From: Lama glama
Taxonomy: Eukaryota
Length of the DNA stretch: 64,000 nt
Direction of reading: 5' to 3'
Assembly: GCA_028534125.1 (NCBI GenBank)
Contig: CM052816.1
Span: 43,464,001 to 43,528,000, forward strand
Shown here: piece after piece, positions 1 through 12,364 of the stretch
Position numbering within the stretch: the stretch's first letter is position 1
How the letters are laid out: each line of letters opens with the position of its first letter
The notes under the pieces: model-generated
What the model saw: the letters and a program-made list of their open reading frames with translations, nothing else
Told to the model about the DNA's origin: nothing
The model's database searches: none
Made by a program: the position numbers and the translations under genes

Positions 1-702
1 TCTTTCTCTTGCTTTTCTTCTTTTGTTCTCTTCTCTTGTGAATTAGTGGCTCTTTTGTGTTATGTTTGGAATCGTTTTTCTTCTTTGTGTGTGTATCTAG
101 CATAGATTTTTGATTTGCAGTTACCATAAGGTTTGGTATAACATTCTGTATATATACATGATTGCTTTAAGTTGCTGAACCAAACCCCTCGGGTGAGCCA
201 CAGCCGCCCCATGCCTCCCCAGGAGACCCCCCAAGCCCCACAGGTAGGTCTGGCCCAGGCTCCTATGAACTTACTGCATTTGTCCTTGGTCTCAGTGAGT
301 GTGAGGTGTTCTGTGCCACTCTTAAGCGTGCAGTCTCTGATTTCCCCAGTCCTGTAGAGCTCCTCCTCAAGCCCCACTGGCCTTCAAAGCCCAATACTCT
401 GGGGACTCCTCTTCCTGGTGCCAGATCCCTGAGCTGGGGAGCCTGATATGAGACTCAGAACTCTCACTCTCGTGGGAGATCTCTGCAATATAATTATTCT
501 GCAGTTTGTGGGTCTCCCACCTGGGAGTGTGGGACCTGATTATACTGCGAGTCTGCCCACCTACTGGTCTAGTCGTGCTTTATTCTTTAAGAAGATCCTT
601 TCTGGTACTTTCCAGTCTTTTTTTTTTAATCACTAGTTGTTTTGTAGTTAGTTGTTGTCTTGGTATGTCTGTGAAAGGAGGTGAGCTCCAGCTCCTTCTA
701 CT
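1..702 (-). mobile_element. Old L1 (L1M/L1MA-type) 5' portion: 5'UTR (about 178-702) joined directly to inter-ORF sequence (1-177); runs off the window start
   Basis: Antisense L1 5'UTR motifs (ggggagcctgatatgagactcagaactctcactc; ggaggtgagctccagctccttctact) and the inter-ORF motif gatttgcagttaccataaggttt, recognised from recalled consensus. Confidence 0.7.
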
Positions 703-849
703 AAGCAAACTTAATGTTAACTTAAAATCCCAGTTTGGTGTATTACTTCTACCTTTCTCAGCCTATTAAAATATATAAATATTTAAAAATTGGTCTGTTT
801 GGTATTAAAAATCATCTTGTATATTATGAGTACTGCAGTGTAGGATTTC

Positions 850-1265
850 CTGTTGTAATAAGTAGGAATCAGGATCATGTGGAGAGTAACGTGAAGTGGA
901 GAGGCTACTGGTGGAGGGGGTGGCGGCGAGGAGGCTACTGCAGGCATCCAGATGGGATGTGGCACATGGTTGACAGGCGCAAGATGTGTTCCTGAGGAAG
1001 AAGAGAAAGGACCTGGAGACAGGTTTGTTGTACGTGGGGTGGGAATGGGGATTGTGAAGTATCCACTAAGTGGATACTATTAAGAAAGGGAAAAGAAGAA
1101 AAGTAAAGATAATAATCTGATGTTGCACTTACTGAGTTTGAGTTAGGAGGTCATTTGAAAATAGAGGTCTGCTAGGCATTTATGTATGTGGCTCTAGGCT
1201 TAAAATGTTATTTTTGAAATCATCAATATATAGGTGATAAAATCATCAAGAGGAAGTGTTATTAT
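850..1265 (-). mobile_element. L2 LINE fragment
   Basis: Purine-rich antisense L2 signature (tgagtttgag...gaggtctgctaggcatttatgtatgtggctctagg). Confidence 0.55.
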
Positions 1266-1659
1266 TAGTACAGTGATCTTCAGTTTATTTTTGTTTGTTT
1301 TTTTCATTCCCCGAACTCTTAAGAGATATGATTTACACCAAGTAGAAATAGTGAGTGGTTTATATAGGTAACGAGTCTCATATGGGGTTGGAAAATACCT
1401 GTATAGTTTGAAAAAATGTCCCCCCAAATTTGAAGATTTTCAAATACTTCCCTTCACCTCCTCTTAATTAGAGTGAGATGAGGACATGGCTAAGAAAGAG
1501 GGATTCGTAGAAAGGAACAGAATGATCTGAGACGTTGACTTCTCTACGAGGAAGAGAACTTTTACGTCTGTGAAGATACTTTAAGGTGAAAGGTCAAGCC
1601 ACAGTGGTACTAAATTCTGCAGAGAAATCCAGTAGTATGAGGATTATGTTTTAAGCAAA

Positions 1660-1717
1660 ACTGGCTCATATAGTACTTGGCATATAATAGAAACACAGTA
1701 AATGTTTGGGTGAATGA
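1660..1717 (+). mobile_element. L2 3' end
   Basis: tagtacttggcatataatagaaacacagtaaatgtttgggtgaatga resembles the L2 terminus cagtgcctggcacatagtaggcgctcaataaatatttgttgaatga. Confidence 0.55.
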
Positions 1718-4020
1718 TTTATGTAGAACTGTTTTGTGTTTGAAACACTTCACAAGCCTTAAATATTCAAGTCAGGATGTGTCATTGTAGTGCTTTGGGC
1801 TCCGAAATCAGTGTGGGTTTTAAAAATTTTGTTTCTCTGTCCATGGTCAGTGACTTAGAAATGTGTCTGCTTGAGCACTATAGTCCTGATCTCATGTAAG
1901 GCAATGTTTGAGGCTGTTTTCAGGAAATAGTGTCGGTCAGCATCCTTGTGATAGCCACTCCACATGTGGGCCTCCTAACCTTTACCACCCATGGCTCCTG
2001 GGAGTAAGTTATTTGTCTTATGTTGATGGAGTGAATATACTTGACTGGCAGAACAGGAACTCCATCAGCCTGTCTGGTTCTTAGGTAGTTTTTACATTCA
2101 TAATAGCAACGTCTTTTATTATTGTTATTATTTTTAAAGTGACATAAATTTCTGCCGGATCAGGACAGCAGAGTTTCCTCAAACCGTGATCTGATGCCTG
2201 TGCATCCTGCTCAGAGCTCGCTCAGCAGCACACACTGGTTTGACATCTGGCATCCATGACTCCTGTGAGATGGCTTCCCCCTAAATGTGCCCTGAACACA
2301 TCCCTGCTGTGCCCCTTCTGTCCAAGTGTAAACACATCACAGGAAATGAACAAGGAAAGGCCCAGCTTTTATGGAAGGAATTGAGACCCTCTCGCCCAGC
2401 TGGAAACCTGGGCTTAGTGTCCAGCTTCAGGAGATTTTGCCAGCTATTTGGGTAGAGGCTGTTGTCTGTGGTACCTTAGTCCCATCCTCCTTCTAAACTC
2501 CCCACAGATTGTCCATAGCCTCTGTTTGAAGTCATCTAGCTGAGGAAAACTGCTTTAGGATCTTTAAAATGTGAAATAAGGGTTGTCTTTTACTGTAAAT
2601 TCATTAGTGCAGCTGGATTTAGTTATTTACAGTTGTAAATTTGGCACTGTATTTACTGAGGTAGGGGACTCATTTTAAAATAATTGAAGCAGTCTATAGC
2701 TGAACCTTTACATAATTATTCATTCCCACTTGTTTTAATATGAAGATTAAAATATTAAAATGATTCAAGAAAATAGGTATATAACAAGGAAGTTAAGCAA
2801 CCAAAATAAAAGTGAGAGGAAAGCCTTTCACTTTTCCCTTGGCACTGTCTTCCCAATTGCAGTTTTTGTTCCAGTCTAATGAATGCATTTTAAATAAAAT
2901 TCACACACTGTCTTTGCTCTCTGTCTTCCTACTTCTACAAATATCATTTCAGCCCCTCTTTCAGATCCACTTCAAGGAAATGCAGACTTGAAGACTCTCC
3001 CCCAGGGTTTTGTCTGAACTGGCTGCCATTCTGCAGCACACGTTGGATCCAGTAGCGGGAGTTGGGGGACCCGAGAGGAGAGCGACCACTTAGCTGAGTG
3101 AGTCAGGCGGGCCTGCGTGAAAGGATGTAGGTGAGCCAAGACTAATGGGGAAAATAGGGGGTCGTCTCTAATTTTGATGCGGGGAAATCTGAAAGGTTCT
3201 TCCGCTTGCCAGGGTATTTGAATACTTGGCAAACAGCTGGCTGGGCTCTGGGAGAGCGCCTCTTGATTTCGCCTCATCAGATGTTCAAAGATAAAATGAG
3301 GCAGCCAGCATGCCAGCTCATAGCTCATAGCCTTGCAGTCAGTTTTGAATTTAGATTTGAATTGTGATATCAATGTCATGGTGGCACATGCTTTGAGAAA
3401 GTACTTACAGAGAATAATTGAAAGATTCAGTGTGAAGCTTCTGAAAGTCATAATTTAAAGTTCCAGAAGCCTCCATATTACTCTCACCATTAAAATTTAA
3501 AGTGACAGAAGTCCAATTATGTATGGTTATTTTCTTAAATAAAATTGTATTTCTACCCCAAGTGAAAGATTCATTGCTGCCCACTCATCTCTGTCAGGAG
3601 AACCAATCTTGGTCGCGTCCAGTGTCAGCATCGAAGATGGCTCGCTTTATCCTGGGGACAATGAAGGGACTCTGGAAGCAGAGCTGGAAGTCCTTCGGAG
3701 GAGCTAGACTAGCTGGAGGCTGATTTGCATGATAATCACCATTACTGATCCTCTGGTGCCAGCCTCCACACTTAACCAAAAGCACTAAAACTTTAACAGC
3801 AAACCAGAAGCCCAAGTAAATGTGTCTATAGCACGCATTTTACAAAACCTGAATGACGTCAAAAACTGCTGATTAAAAGGGGGCAGGCAGCTGGTTGTAA
3901 AACTAAACCACACCAAGGAGTGGAGACTTGGGACATAACTTTAAAACCTGATAAGGGATATAATTTCGGGGACTGTTGAAAGATATGAAGCTTTCGCCTC
4001 TTTCTTTAACTCACAGAAAT

Positions 4021-4065
4021 CTGTTTACCAGAAACCTGTTTACCAGAAGAATCTGTTTACCAGAA
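4021..4065 (+). repeat. Short direct repeat, 3 x ctgtttaccagaa
   Basis: Exact 13-mer at 4021, 4036 and 4053 with 2-nt and 4-nt spacers. Confidence 0.95.
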
Positions 4066-5329
4066 GGACTTCTGTGGCCACTGAAACCACGGCATGAAAA
4101 TTGATCAGTGGAAATACAGAAACTTGCAGTACAGAAGTTTTAGTCTCTATCAGTTAAAAGTATGGAGCCAGACTTCTAGACTATAAATCTTTCCACCGCT
4201 TTCTTCGGTCTGTTTGATTTTACTTTATACTGCACTGTGATTTGGGGAATATGGTGTAATAGTAGCCAGAATTGCAATGAACAATTGCAGGAGGCCAGTC
4301 AAGCTCAAACCATTGTTATTTATCAAAACCTTTATTCCTTAGCGTTCCCAGGGACAAAGGAGCATGTGAATCAACTAATATTATGATTCATGATATTGAA
4401 TGATGTAGACTGTATATACATCAGTACTAATCTCAGCAATGTCTTATAAATAATAAATCACATAATTTCTCAAAAGTTTCACAGTATGATAAAACATTTA
4501 CAAGTAGGTCTTGGTTCTTCTGAGTTTTACTATGACTTTAATATAACCAGTCCTGAGGCAGTTTGCAAGTTTCATTTTTGTTGCCTGGCTTTAGCCCTAG
4601 AATCTATCCCCCTTTTTGCAAAATTGAGCTCATGATATGAACTCAGTTTTCTCCCTTCATCTCTGCCTTGAATCACTGTAGCTTTTCCTGTAATTTCCTG
4701 TTCTTTGTGTTTCAGCAAGAGGTGTCCGACTTCGCTTGTGTTCATGATTACATTGCTGTGCTTAGATTTTTACTGTGAATTATTTTGACTCTTCTGCTCT
4801 CCACATCTGACATTTTGTTGGCCTTGTCCTTAAAAGAACCGTCTCCTCAATTCCCTACTCTGTTTTCTTTCTTTCAGTTCTTCCTGACTCATCTACTTTC
4901 TTGCTTCTGCCTTCTCACCACTGACTCTGTAACCTGTTGTGAGGTAGATTGAGCTGCCACCAATGCTACTTCCTCAGACCAAGCTTTTACTCCTGTTTGA
5001 CAGATCAGTTTTCTCACTCTGCCCTAGAGGGAGAGCAGCTTACCTAACTGGTAAGTTTAGAGGGAATAAGTGAGCCAGCTCAACTTACTGTCTCCCTCCT
5101 ACCACACCTGGGAAGGTCCTGCCTGCTGAGAGCCACATTCTCCCTGAGGCTGGGGGCCCAGCCCAGCCCTGGCCTGGCTTCTGGAGATGGCCTCATTCTG
5201 TAGTTTAGACAGCCAGACTTGTTGTGGCTTTCCCACTGAGCTGCCTCCTTCATTCACCCTGGTCTCAATCAGTAGAAAAGGTTATATTCTAGCCTCTCAT
5301 TTATTTTATTTTTGTATTAATTCTTAATT

Positions 5330-6130
5330 TGTTCAGAATGCATGAGGAGAGTGTCTCAATTTTTGGAAATTGCTTAGAAATCTAAATAAATATAGTAGTG
5401 TGTACAAGTAAAAAGTTACAGTCCTCCCTTCCCATCTCACTTTCCAGAGGGTTGGTTTTTCTCTCTCTCTTTCCCCACTTTGTAAAGCTACAGAAAGGGT
5501 AGCTGTCTATAAGCCAGGAAGCAGGATTTTACCAAGAACCAAATCTGCTGGTGCCTTGATCTTGGACTTCCCAGACTGCAAAACTGTGAGAAATAAATGT
5601 CTGTTGTTTTAGTCACCCAGTCTGTGGTATTTTGTCATAGCAGCCCAGACTGACTAATTCTTCCTGATTTTTTTGTGTGTACAGATGTGTATATATATAT
5701 AAGTATATAATATAAATATTTTAACTTGAATGTGACATTAACATAAATATATATAACTATGTATTTATACTTATATCTCTCTAAAACATATTTTTGTTTC
5801 ATATAGTCTTTCTATATTCTCCATATATACATTAATTTATATACATACACAGTTGTATTTTTTCCCCCAAATGGTAACACACTGTATGTTTTATTCTGCT
5901 TCTTTCTTTTTTCACTAAACACATTTCCATGTCAGTAGAGACCTATCATATTATTTCTAATGGCTGCACAGTGTTCTGTGGTTTAGATGGTCCTTAATAA
6001 ACCATTCTTCAGTCTGGCCATTTAGATCAATTTACATTTTTCAATTACAAACAGTGCCTTAGTGAACATGATAGTGTTTTTATTTTTATAAACTTGTGTT
6101 AGTGTTTCTGTAGGAAAGATTCCTAGAATC
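5330..6130 (-). mobile_element. Ancient L1 (L1ME-type) 3' region, interrupted by an MLT1 fragment
   Basis: Antisense motifs catttccatgtcagtagaga, ttctaatggctgcacagtgttc and tttctgtaggaaagattcctagaa. Confidence 0.6.
5492..5658 (+). mobile_element. MLT1 (ERVL-MaLR) LTR, 3' half
   Basis: ccttgatcttggacttcccag...ctgtgagaaataaatgtctgttgttttagtcacccagtctgtggtattttgtcatagcagccc is the typical MLT1 3' end with AATAAA. Confidence 0.9.
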
Positions 6131-7789
6131 TCCTAAGATTTAATTGACTAATGACAGAAACTTGTAAATTCGGGAAGATTCTGAGAGAGCTCAGAGTTTG
6201 TCCCACACTCTCAGGAAGGATGTTTTCTTCTCATTCTGACTTTGAAAAGTTCAGAGAATAAGACTCCATGTTCTTGCTCCATAATGCCTTATAATGACTT
6301 GAAATCAAAATAGACTATTAAAGAAACAATAATAAATATGGTGCTCTGGCCAAATGGGTGGCAAGTGAAAGTGTGAGACTGAATCCTAAGTCTTTAGTAT
6401 TTAGGACTGAATCCTAAAATACTTCAGTCAACCTGGTTTGCAAACCAATCAAGCAACACAAGATTCAGGATTACCCGAGTTATGGCAGTTTCAGATATTT
6501 GGATCAGTTAGCATTCATATAGTAGGGAAATTTATACCTTTATCCTTCATATAGAGTAGCAATGAAGATTAGTTCACTCTGGGTATCCAGTACTGCAGAC
6601 CTATCCCTTAAGACGGCCCTTAGCTAACTGGCTCCCTTTAAGCTCGGCTATCATTAGGAAGCAGGTGATCTGTTGAGAGTCTAGCCAGACCACACATGAT
6701 CTTAAACCTGGTTGCACCATCTACCGGACAGTGCATCAGACCTGAACAGATAATTGGGCTGCTCTTCACCTAGACTGTTTCACTTGTGTCCCAGGGCTAT
6801 TTCCCTTGAGGGGCATGTGGCAGCTCTTTTATAAGCTGACCTAAAGAAAAGAAAAAAAGAAACCATGGTGTAACATGACAGAGCTGTGGGTTCCTGACTG
6901 TTTCAAATAGTCCCCTCTGAAGTGGGTAGAATTTGTTTAAAATCTTTGCAACACTGTGATGACCTCTGTGGAAAAACCCTGTGTATTATGGACTTGGCTC
7001 TCAGAGTAGACATGTGCTTGACTGTCACACCTTGTACATTTTCCCGACTCAGGGTGCACATGGAAGCGTGTCTTCATTAGAAACAAGTGTGCAGCGTGAG
7101 TAGTGAAGATGACCATGTTAAACAGCTAGGAATTTTCACCTAATTGCACATTTACACAACACTGCAAAAAAGACCAGGCAGCCTGGCTATGTTAGATCAT
7201 TTTACTGCTCACAAAAGAGGTTTGAAATGGACTTTTAATTATTATTGCCGATTTGCTATGGCTATATTCCTTAATATGAACATCTGATTAGGATTAATTT
7301 TCTTTAATTGATGAATAGAGCACTTAAACTTGCAGGGTTGCATTTGCTGTTACATATTGGCATATTTACTGTTTTGTGGTATATGCAAATGTTATATATT
7401 ACAACTTTTTGCTGGAGTACGAATTATAGGCATTTTTATCTGTTTTAGTTTTGAGGTCACTCTTCTTCCTTCCTTCACCTTTGTGTGGCTTTTTAGATTT
7501 GTTAATGGAGATAGAGCAGGGCTAAGTGACTATTAAACTCTTTTCTATATACAGTAAAACCCATTAACATGGACCCCACTAAATTTGGAATTTATGATAA
7601 TGAGGGCAGGGCCTGGGTTAAAGTTTACTTTTGCATTGTCTCTGAACTAAAGCTTCCCTGAGCTAATAAATAGTGTACAATAATCACAGGGGCTTGGCAC
7701 GCTTCCTTTTAAAAGGAGCCTTTTCTAGCACTCTGGAGAAGGGTCTTGCAGGAGAGGTAATGAGGTAGTGTGGAGACAACAGAATGTAA

Positions 7790-7970
7790 AGGCTGTGCCA
7801 CGTACTAGCTATGTGACCTTGGACAAATTACTTACCTTCTCTGAGTGTCTTTTCCTTCATTGTAAAATGGAGATGGTTATTTAATTTATGGGCTTGCTGG
7901 GAGGGTTAGATTTAATGTATAAAAAGTGCCTGGTAAACAGTATGTACTTCATAAGTGACAGGTAATTATT
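7790..7970 (+). mobile_element. MIR SINE
   Basis: MIR core actagctatgtgaccttggacaaattacttaccttctctgag...tgtaaaatggagat. Confidence 0.85.
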
Positions 7971-8114
7971 ACTGATCTAAAATAATTGGTGAGCTAATTT
8001 CACATACTTCTCATTTTTTTTTTTCAGTAAGGAGTTCCTCGGCACTTTTGAGTTTTATTAACCTCATCTGAGATATTACTTTCTTATTATTGATTAAGGG
8101 AAAACCCCAGCAGG

Positions 8115-8358
8115 TTGGTGTGGGGGTAGAGAACACGAACTTTGAAGTCAAACTCATGTTTGAAAATATCACTCATCAGCTATGTGGCTTTGGGAAAGTT
8201 ACTTACTACCTCTTAGGCTTTGTTTTCTAATTTGTAAAAATGGATTGGTAACACCTACTCCAGGACTTCCGTGAGAACTCAATGAGATGATGTGCGTAAA
8301 GTGTTCAGCCCAGTGATTTTCACGTAGTAAACTCTGAAACGTCAACGGTTGCTATTAT
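8115..8358 (+). mobile_element. MIR SINE, near full length
   Basis: agctatgtggctttgggaaagttactta...tgtaaaaatgga...aatgagatgatgtgcgtaaagtgttcagcccagtg. Confidence 0.85.
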
Positions 8359-9219
8359 CATGATCTTTTAAACAATAGTTCATAGTTTAGACTTTTCATT
8401 AATTCAGACGTGTCTTATTCAGTTCACCTAATTAATGAATTTCATTCTGAATATAATCTCCATTCTAGATGAAGATTTTAAGTACGTAAGACAGTTATAC
8501 GGAAGCAAGGCTAAATACCTAGGATGAAAAAGGAAAAAGTAATATTTTAGAAGTAGAAACACAAGGTCTCAAGTTAGGTTTAAATGACTGAATAGTCACT
8601 TTTGTGCATAATCTTTGTGTTCTTTATGCAAGGTCTTTATATTAGCCAGAAAGAAACAGAACTTACTATGTGTGTAGTAGGAAGTGTGGACTGGTGATCG
8701 GCTCACATCATTCATTGGAGAGAGAAGCAGTAAGCCCATGTTCAACTTTATTTCTATCTTCTTGCTTTCTGCTTATGTTTCATAGGCTGTATGGGTGAGA
8801 AATGTAAGCACTGTAATGTCCTGCATGGAGACTATAATCTGTTCTCCCCTTAATGACTGGCCTACACAGTTTGTCAAAATCTATCACCTCAACAGATCAG
8901 ACTGAATTACTTTGACGACTGGCAAATGGTACCTCTTGTGGTGAAATGCAAGCAGCCAGGTGTGTGTGTATTAAGTGCTCTTCAATAGGAGAAATGTACT
9001 TTACTGAAAACTCTCATCCATGCTATTTTTGTAGAAGCAAGAAATGTCCATATTCCTTTGGGAAAATATAAGAATTATTTTTTGGAGATTCTGAACTATT
9101 ACAGTATAAATTCACAATTATAAGTGACTTATAAAAGTCAGGTTTTTTTTTGTGCATAATATGCATGTACAGTGAAACCTTGTAATAAACCTGGAGGGGA
9201 CAGAACCAGTAATACTGTT

Positions 9220-9415
9220 GGGGCTATATGCCTTTGCCTTTCCAGGGCTGTCCCAATTTAAGCAGGTAATTTTAAAAAATAAAGTCATTTCATTAAGTTG
9301 ACAACCAATGGTTTAACATGTGAAATTTTTCATAATAATAAATTTACAAGTCAGGACAAAACCCTTTTGTCAGACCGTGTTTCCTAAGTTTGGGTCAGAA
9401 AGTGTGATTACTCTA
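9220..9415. mobile_element. hAT-Blackjack-like DNA transposon fossil (MER94/MER81-like)
   Basis: ccagggctgtcccaattt near the left end and aagtttgggtcagaaagtgtgattactcta at the right end resemble Blackjack-family termini. Confidence 0.45.
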
Positions 9416-9534
9416 ATTCACTCCATGCTGATTAGTTGTATTATTTCAGGTCTTCATTGGGAGTACCCAGTGCTTAGTTGTTGAAGTATGGCATTACTCG
9501 TCTAGATTTGGCATAACAATAGGAGCAGCAGCAA

Positions 9535-9735
9535 TAACTAAATTTTATTGAATGCTTGCAATGTGCAGACACTGTGCTAGTAGCTGGGGATGTAATGGGA
9601 AGCAAAAAAAAAAAGACACAGCCTCATGTTGTTAACAACAACCTATGAAGTAGGTATAGATATAGAAACAAGTTCACAGAGTGTAAATAATTTGTTCATA
9701 GGTGGCTAGCTAGTGGCAAAGCTAGAATTATAGTA
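9535..9735 (-). mobile_element. L2 3' end followed by a MIR fragment
   Basis: tttattgaatgcttgcaatgtgcagacactgtgctag (antisense L2/MIR tail), then acaacaacctatgaagtaggta (antisense MIR). Confidence 0.65.
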
Positions 9736-9744
9736 CTGTATTTG

Positions 9745-10143
9745 TTATAGCAGCCTAACCTATATTCTGGTTAAGAGACTCCAAAATATAGCGGTTTGAA
9801 CAAGCTAGAAGGAGCTTCTTGATACAGTGGAGGTGCCATATCAGCTTTAGACTGTTTATGCTCAGACATTGGGCAAGGGAGAAACAAACTTCTATCTTAC
9901 TTCTCTGCTATCCCTGGGTGTTGGCCTCATTCATATGTCTGAAGATTCATAAGCTTTCTCTTTAAAGGCATTCCCTAGATGTTGTACCCCTAACTTCTAC
10001 TCACATCCTACTAGCCATACCTAACTGCCAAGCAGGCCTGAAAATAGTCTTTATGGTCATGTATCTCTCAAGTTCAGGGGTTCTATTAATAAAGTGAAAA
10101 GAAGGGAACAGGTATTAGGGGACAATTGGCAGTCTCTGTATCA
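9745..10143 (-). mobile_element. Old MLT1 (MLT1J/K-like) LTR
   Basis: acttctactcacatcctactagcc...ggggttctattaataaag...ggtattaggggacaattggcagtctctg, the antisense MLT1J/K pattern. Confidence 0.7.
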
Positions 10144-11989
10144 TATGCTAATTAAGAACATTGTTTCAACGTGGAGTTTTGGCCACAGACTTGGACAAGT
10201 GACAGATGATCTCATGACTTTGGAATATGCCTACATTCATTTTCCATTTCTTTCCAAGTAGTATATCAAAGTTATGTATACAGCATGTGTATGATATATT
10301 TAAATATTCAAAATGTGTGAGATATCATGAATATTACATGGTTTGACAGTGGACTTTATCATCTGTAAGTGCTAATTCAACATTTCACAATGGAAGAAGC
10401 CCCATGGCTTTAATCTTTGGTAGAAATTCTCAAAAATCCCCAGGATTTGTCTTGCTTGTATCTAATTAAGCCTGCCCTAGGCCTTATCTGGGTGTATTGA
10501 GGGGGTGGTGGTTGGGGAGCATGTCTGAAGTAGGAGGCAGTTCCAGACCTGTTTTGCCTCACTGGCCACATGGAAGTAGAGAGAAGCAATCTAAGGAGAG
10601 TGAAAACCCCAAGAGACAAACTCTAAAGAAACCACAGAAGCCTACAGATCAAAACTTTAACTTTTCCTCTCAATCCACCAAAAGTTCCACCTCCTTTTAA
10701 GAGGTTTAGTTGAGTCCAGTAACTTGGCGGTTCTCCGTGGTGGTGGGGCTGAGGAGTGGAGTAAGGATAAGGAGAAGATGGAAGTGGCGCTTTATCCTCC
10801 TGCTAGAGGTCACCATCAAGTACTTCGGAGGCACCATAACAAGTTCAGGACATGGCCTTCATCTCAGTTCTCACAGACTGATGGTCTATCTGGGAAGTTA
10901 ATGTATGTGAAACATTTAGTGCAAACCAAGCACTTAAGCTATGTGATATTGATTATCCCAGGGGAATCCAGATAAGGGATAGGTCAATGTGGATTTGTGT
11001 CTTGGGGAAGGCTTAGATCGTGTCACGAGTGAGAGGCTAAAGGATGAAAGGAGCTAATTAAGAAAGAATAAAAGTGGAGGTGAGCGAAGATTCAGAATGA
11101 GCTTATAGGTCAGTAGACCTGTATGCCTGAAGCAGAGACTTCATGTTGGAGACCAGAAAATGAAGTGGAATAAGGAAGTGGAATACTTCAAAAATCAGGC
11201 AGGGATTAGGCTATAGATGGTGTGTGAAGTTTTTCTTTTCCTATTTTTTAATCTTAAAAAACCCTCATTTTTTTTTAATGGAATGAAGTGAGGATAAATT
11301 AGTACATGACTGACTAATTGAATTAATGAATGAATAAATGAAAGATAGATATCTAGGCTGGGAAAATGGGGTTCTTATGCAAAATCTCAGCAACATAGAT
11401 TGTCAGGAAACAGGAGGAATTCAAGACTAGGTATTTCAGGGTCTGGGAGCCTGCAGTCCAGTCCTCAGAGTCCCAGAGGATGTCATGATCTTGGGAATGG
11501 TTCAGGGAAGGTGTTGGATCTGAGGAGATCCAGTTCAGCAACTGGAATTTACATAGAAGGTGAGAGTCAGAGTCAGAGTCAGGAATGGTGGTGGCGTGGC
11601 GCTGGGCAGTCTAATCTCAGCTGGACCCCAGCTAGCAGCTGGAGTCCTGGAATAGAATCTGAGGAGAGGCTGTCCTTGTCAAGCAGGTTTGGGTTCGGGG
11701 CAGGGCACAAAACACTGTCAGAAATGGGAAAGTTACTCAGTGCAGAAGCCAGTTCTGAAGACTGGGCCAGTGTGTCTGGGGTTTGTAGGGAAACACAGGG
11801 AGAAATGATGATGAAGCAGTTTAGAGTAAACTCAGTGCAATTCAATGCATTTATGGCCAAAAAGGAATTTCAGTCCCACTGTCTAGTGGGCTGGGGTTGC
11901 TTCCCTTTTGCCTGCCTGATGATGGGCTGAAGGTCACAGCTACGCAGAGCCTCTTAACTGGAGATTTCAGGGGCCTCAGCTCAGAGGGA

Positions 11990-12265
11990 TCTTGGAAAGA
12001 ATGGGTGAGGTGGAGGTCCACCCGTGGAAGGAGCATCACCTGGAAGGCATTGAGACTACGGTAGAGGAGACCTAGGCGCAGCTAGGAGGCCAGAGGCTGT
12101 CATAGTCCAGGCTGAGGAGAACAGGGCCTGACAAAGGAGAAGTTTTAGTAGCAGTTCAGAAGAAAAAGGGACTGCAAGAGACATTTCGAATTGAGAAGTA
12201 ATAGGCTTCAGTGACAAGTTTGATATAATGGACAGAGAAGGAAGAACCTACAATGATTCTCGTGT
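11990..12265 (-). mobile_element. L2 fragment
   Basis: ggaggccagaggctgtcatagtccaggctgagg...aataggcttcagtgacaagtttgatat. Confidence 0.6.
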
Positions 12266-12331
12266 AGTATGACATTTTTGCTCATGAGCTGAAGAGTGTT
12301 TTAAACATACATGCAATCACTTTTGGCCAAT

Positions 12332-12364
12332 TAAATAAATAAATAAATAAATAAATAAAATAAA
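12332..12364 (+). repeat. (TAAA)n microsatellite
   Basis: Directly visible. Confidence 0.95.

Noticed and set aside
2972..3451. 159-aa minus-strand ORF
   Set aside because: No recognisable homology, and opposite to the inferred host strand. The + strand acceptor at about 2963 leads to stops in all three frames.
3598..3706. Protein-looking frame EPILVASSVSIEDGSLYPGDNEGTLEAELEVLRRS* after a weak acceptor
   Set aside because: Poor polypyrimidine tract, no recognisable protein match and no nearby poly(A) signal; cannot be supported without a search.
4021..4065. Three direct repeats considered as a CRISPR-like array
   Set aside because: 13-bp units with 2-4-nt spacers in mammalian DNA and no cas genes; it is a simple micro-duplication.
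11400..11930. 176-aa ORF, the longest outside L1
   Set aside because: Non-ATG start, Ser/Gly-rich with a (gagtca)n micro-repeat, no recognisable domain or splice context; probably a chance ORF in purine-rich, possibly repeat-derived DNA.
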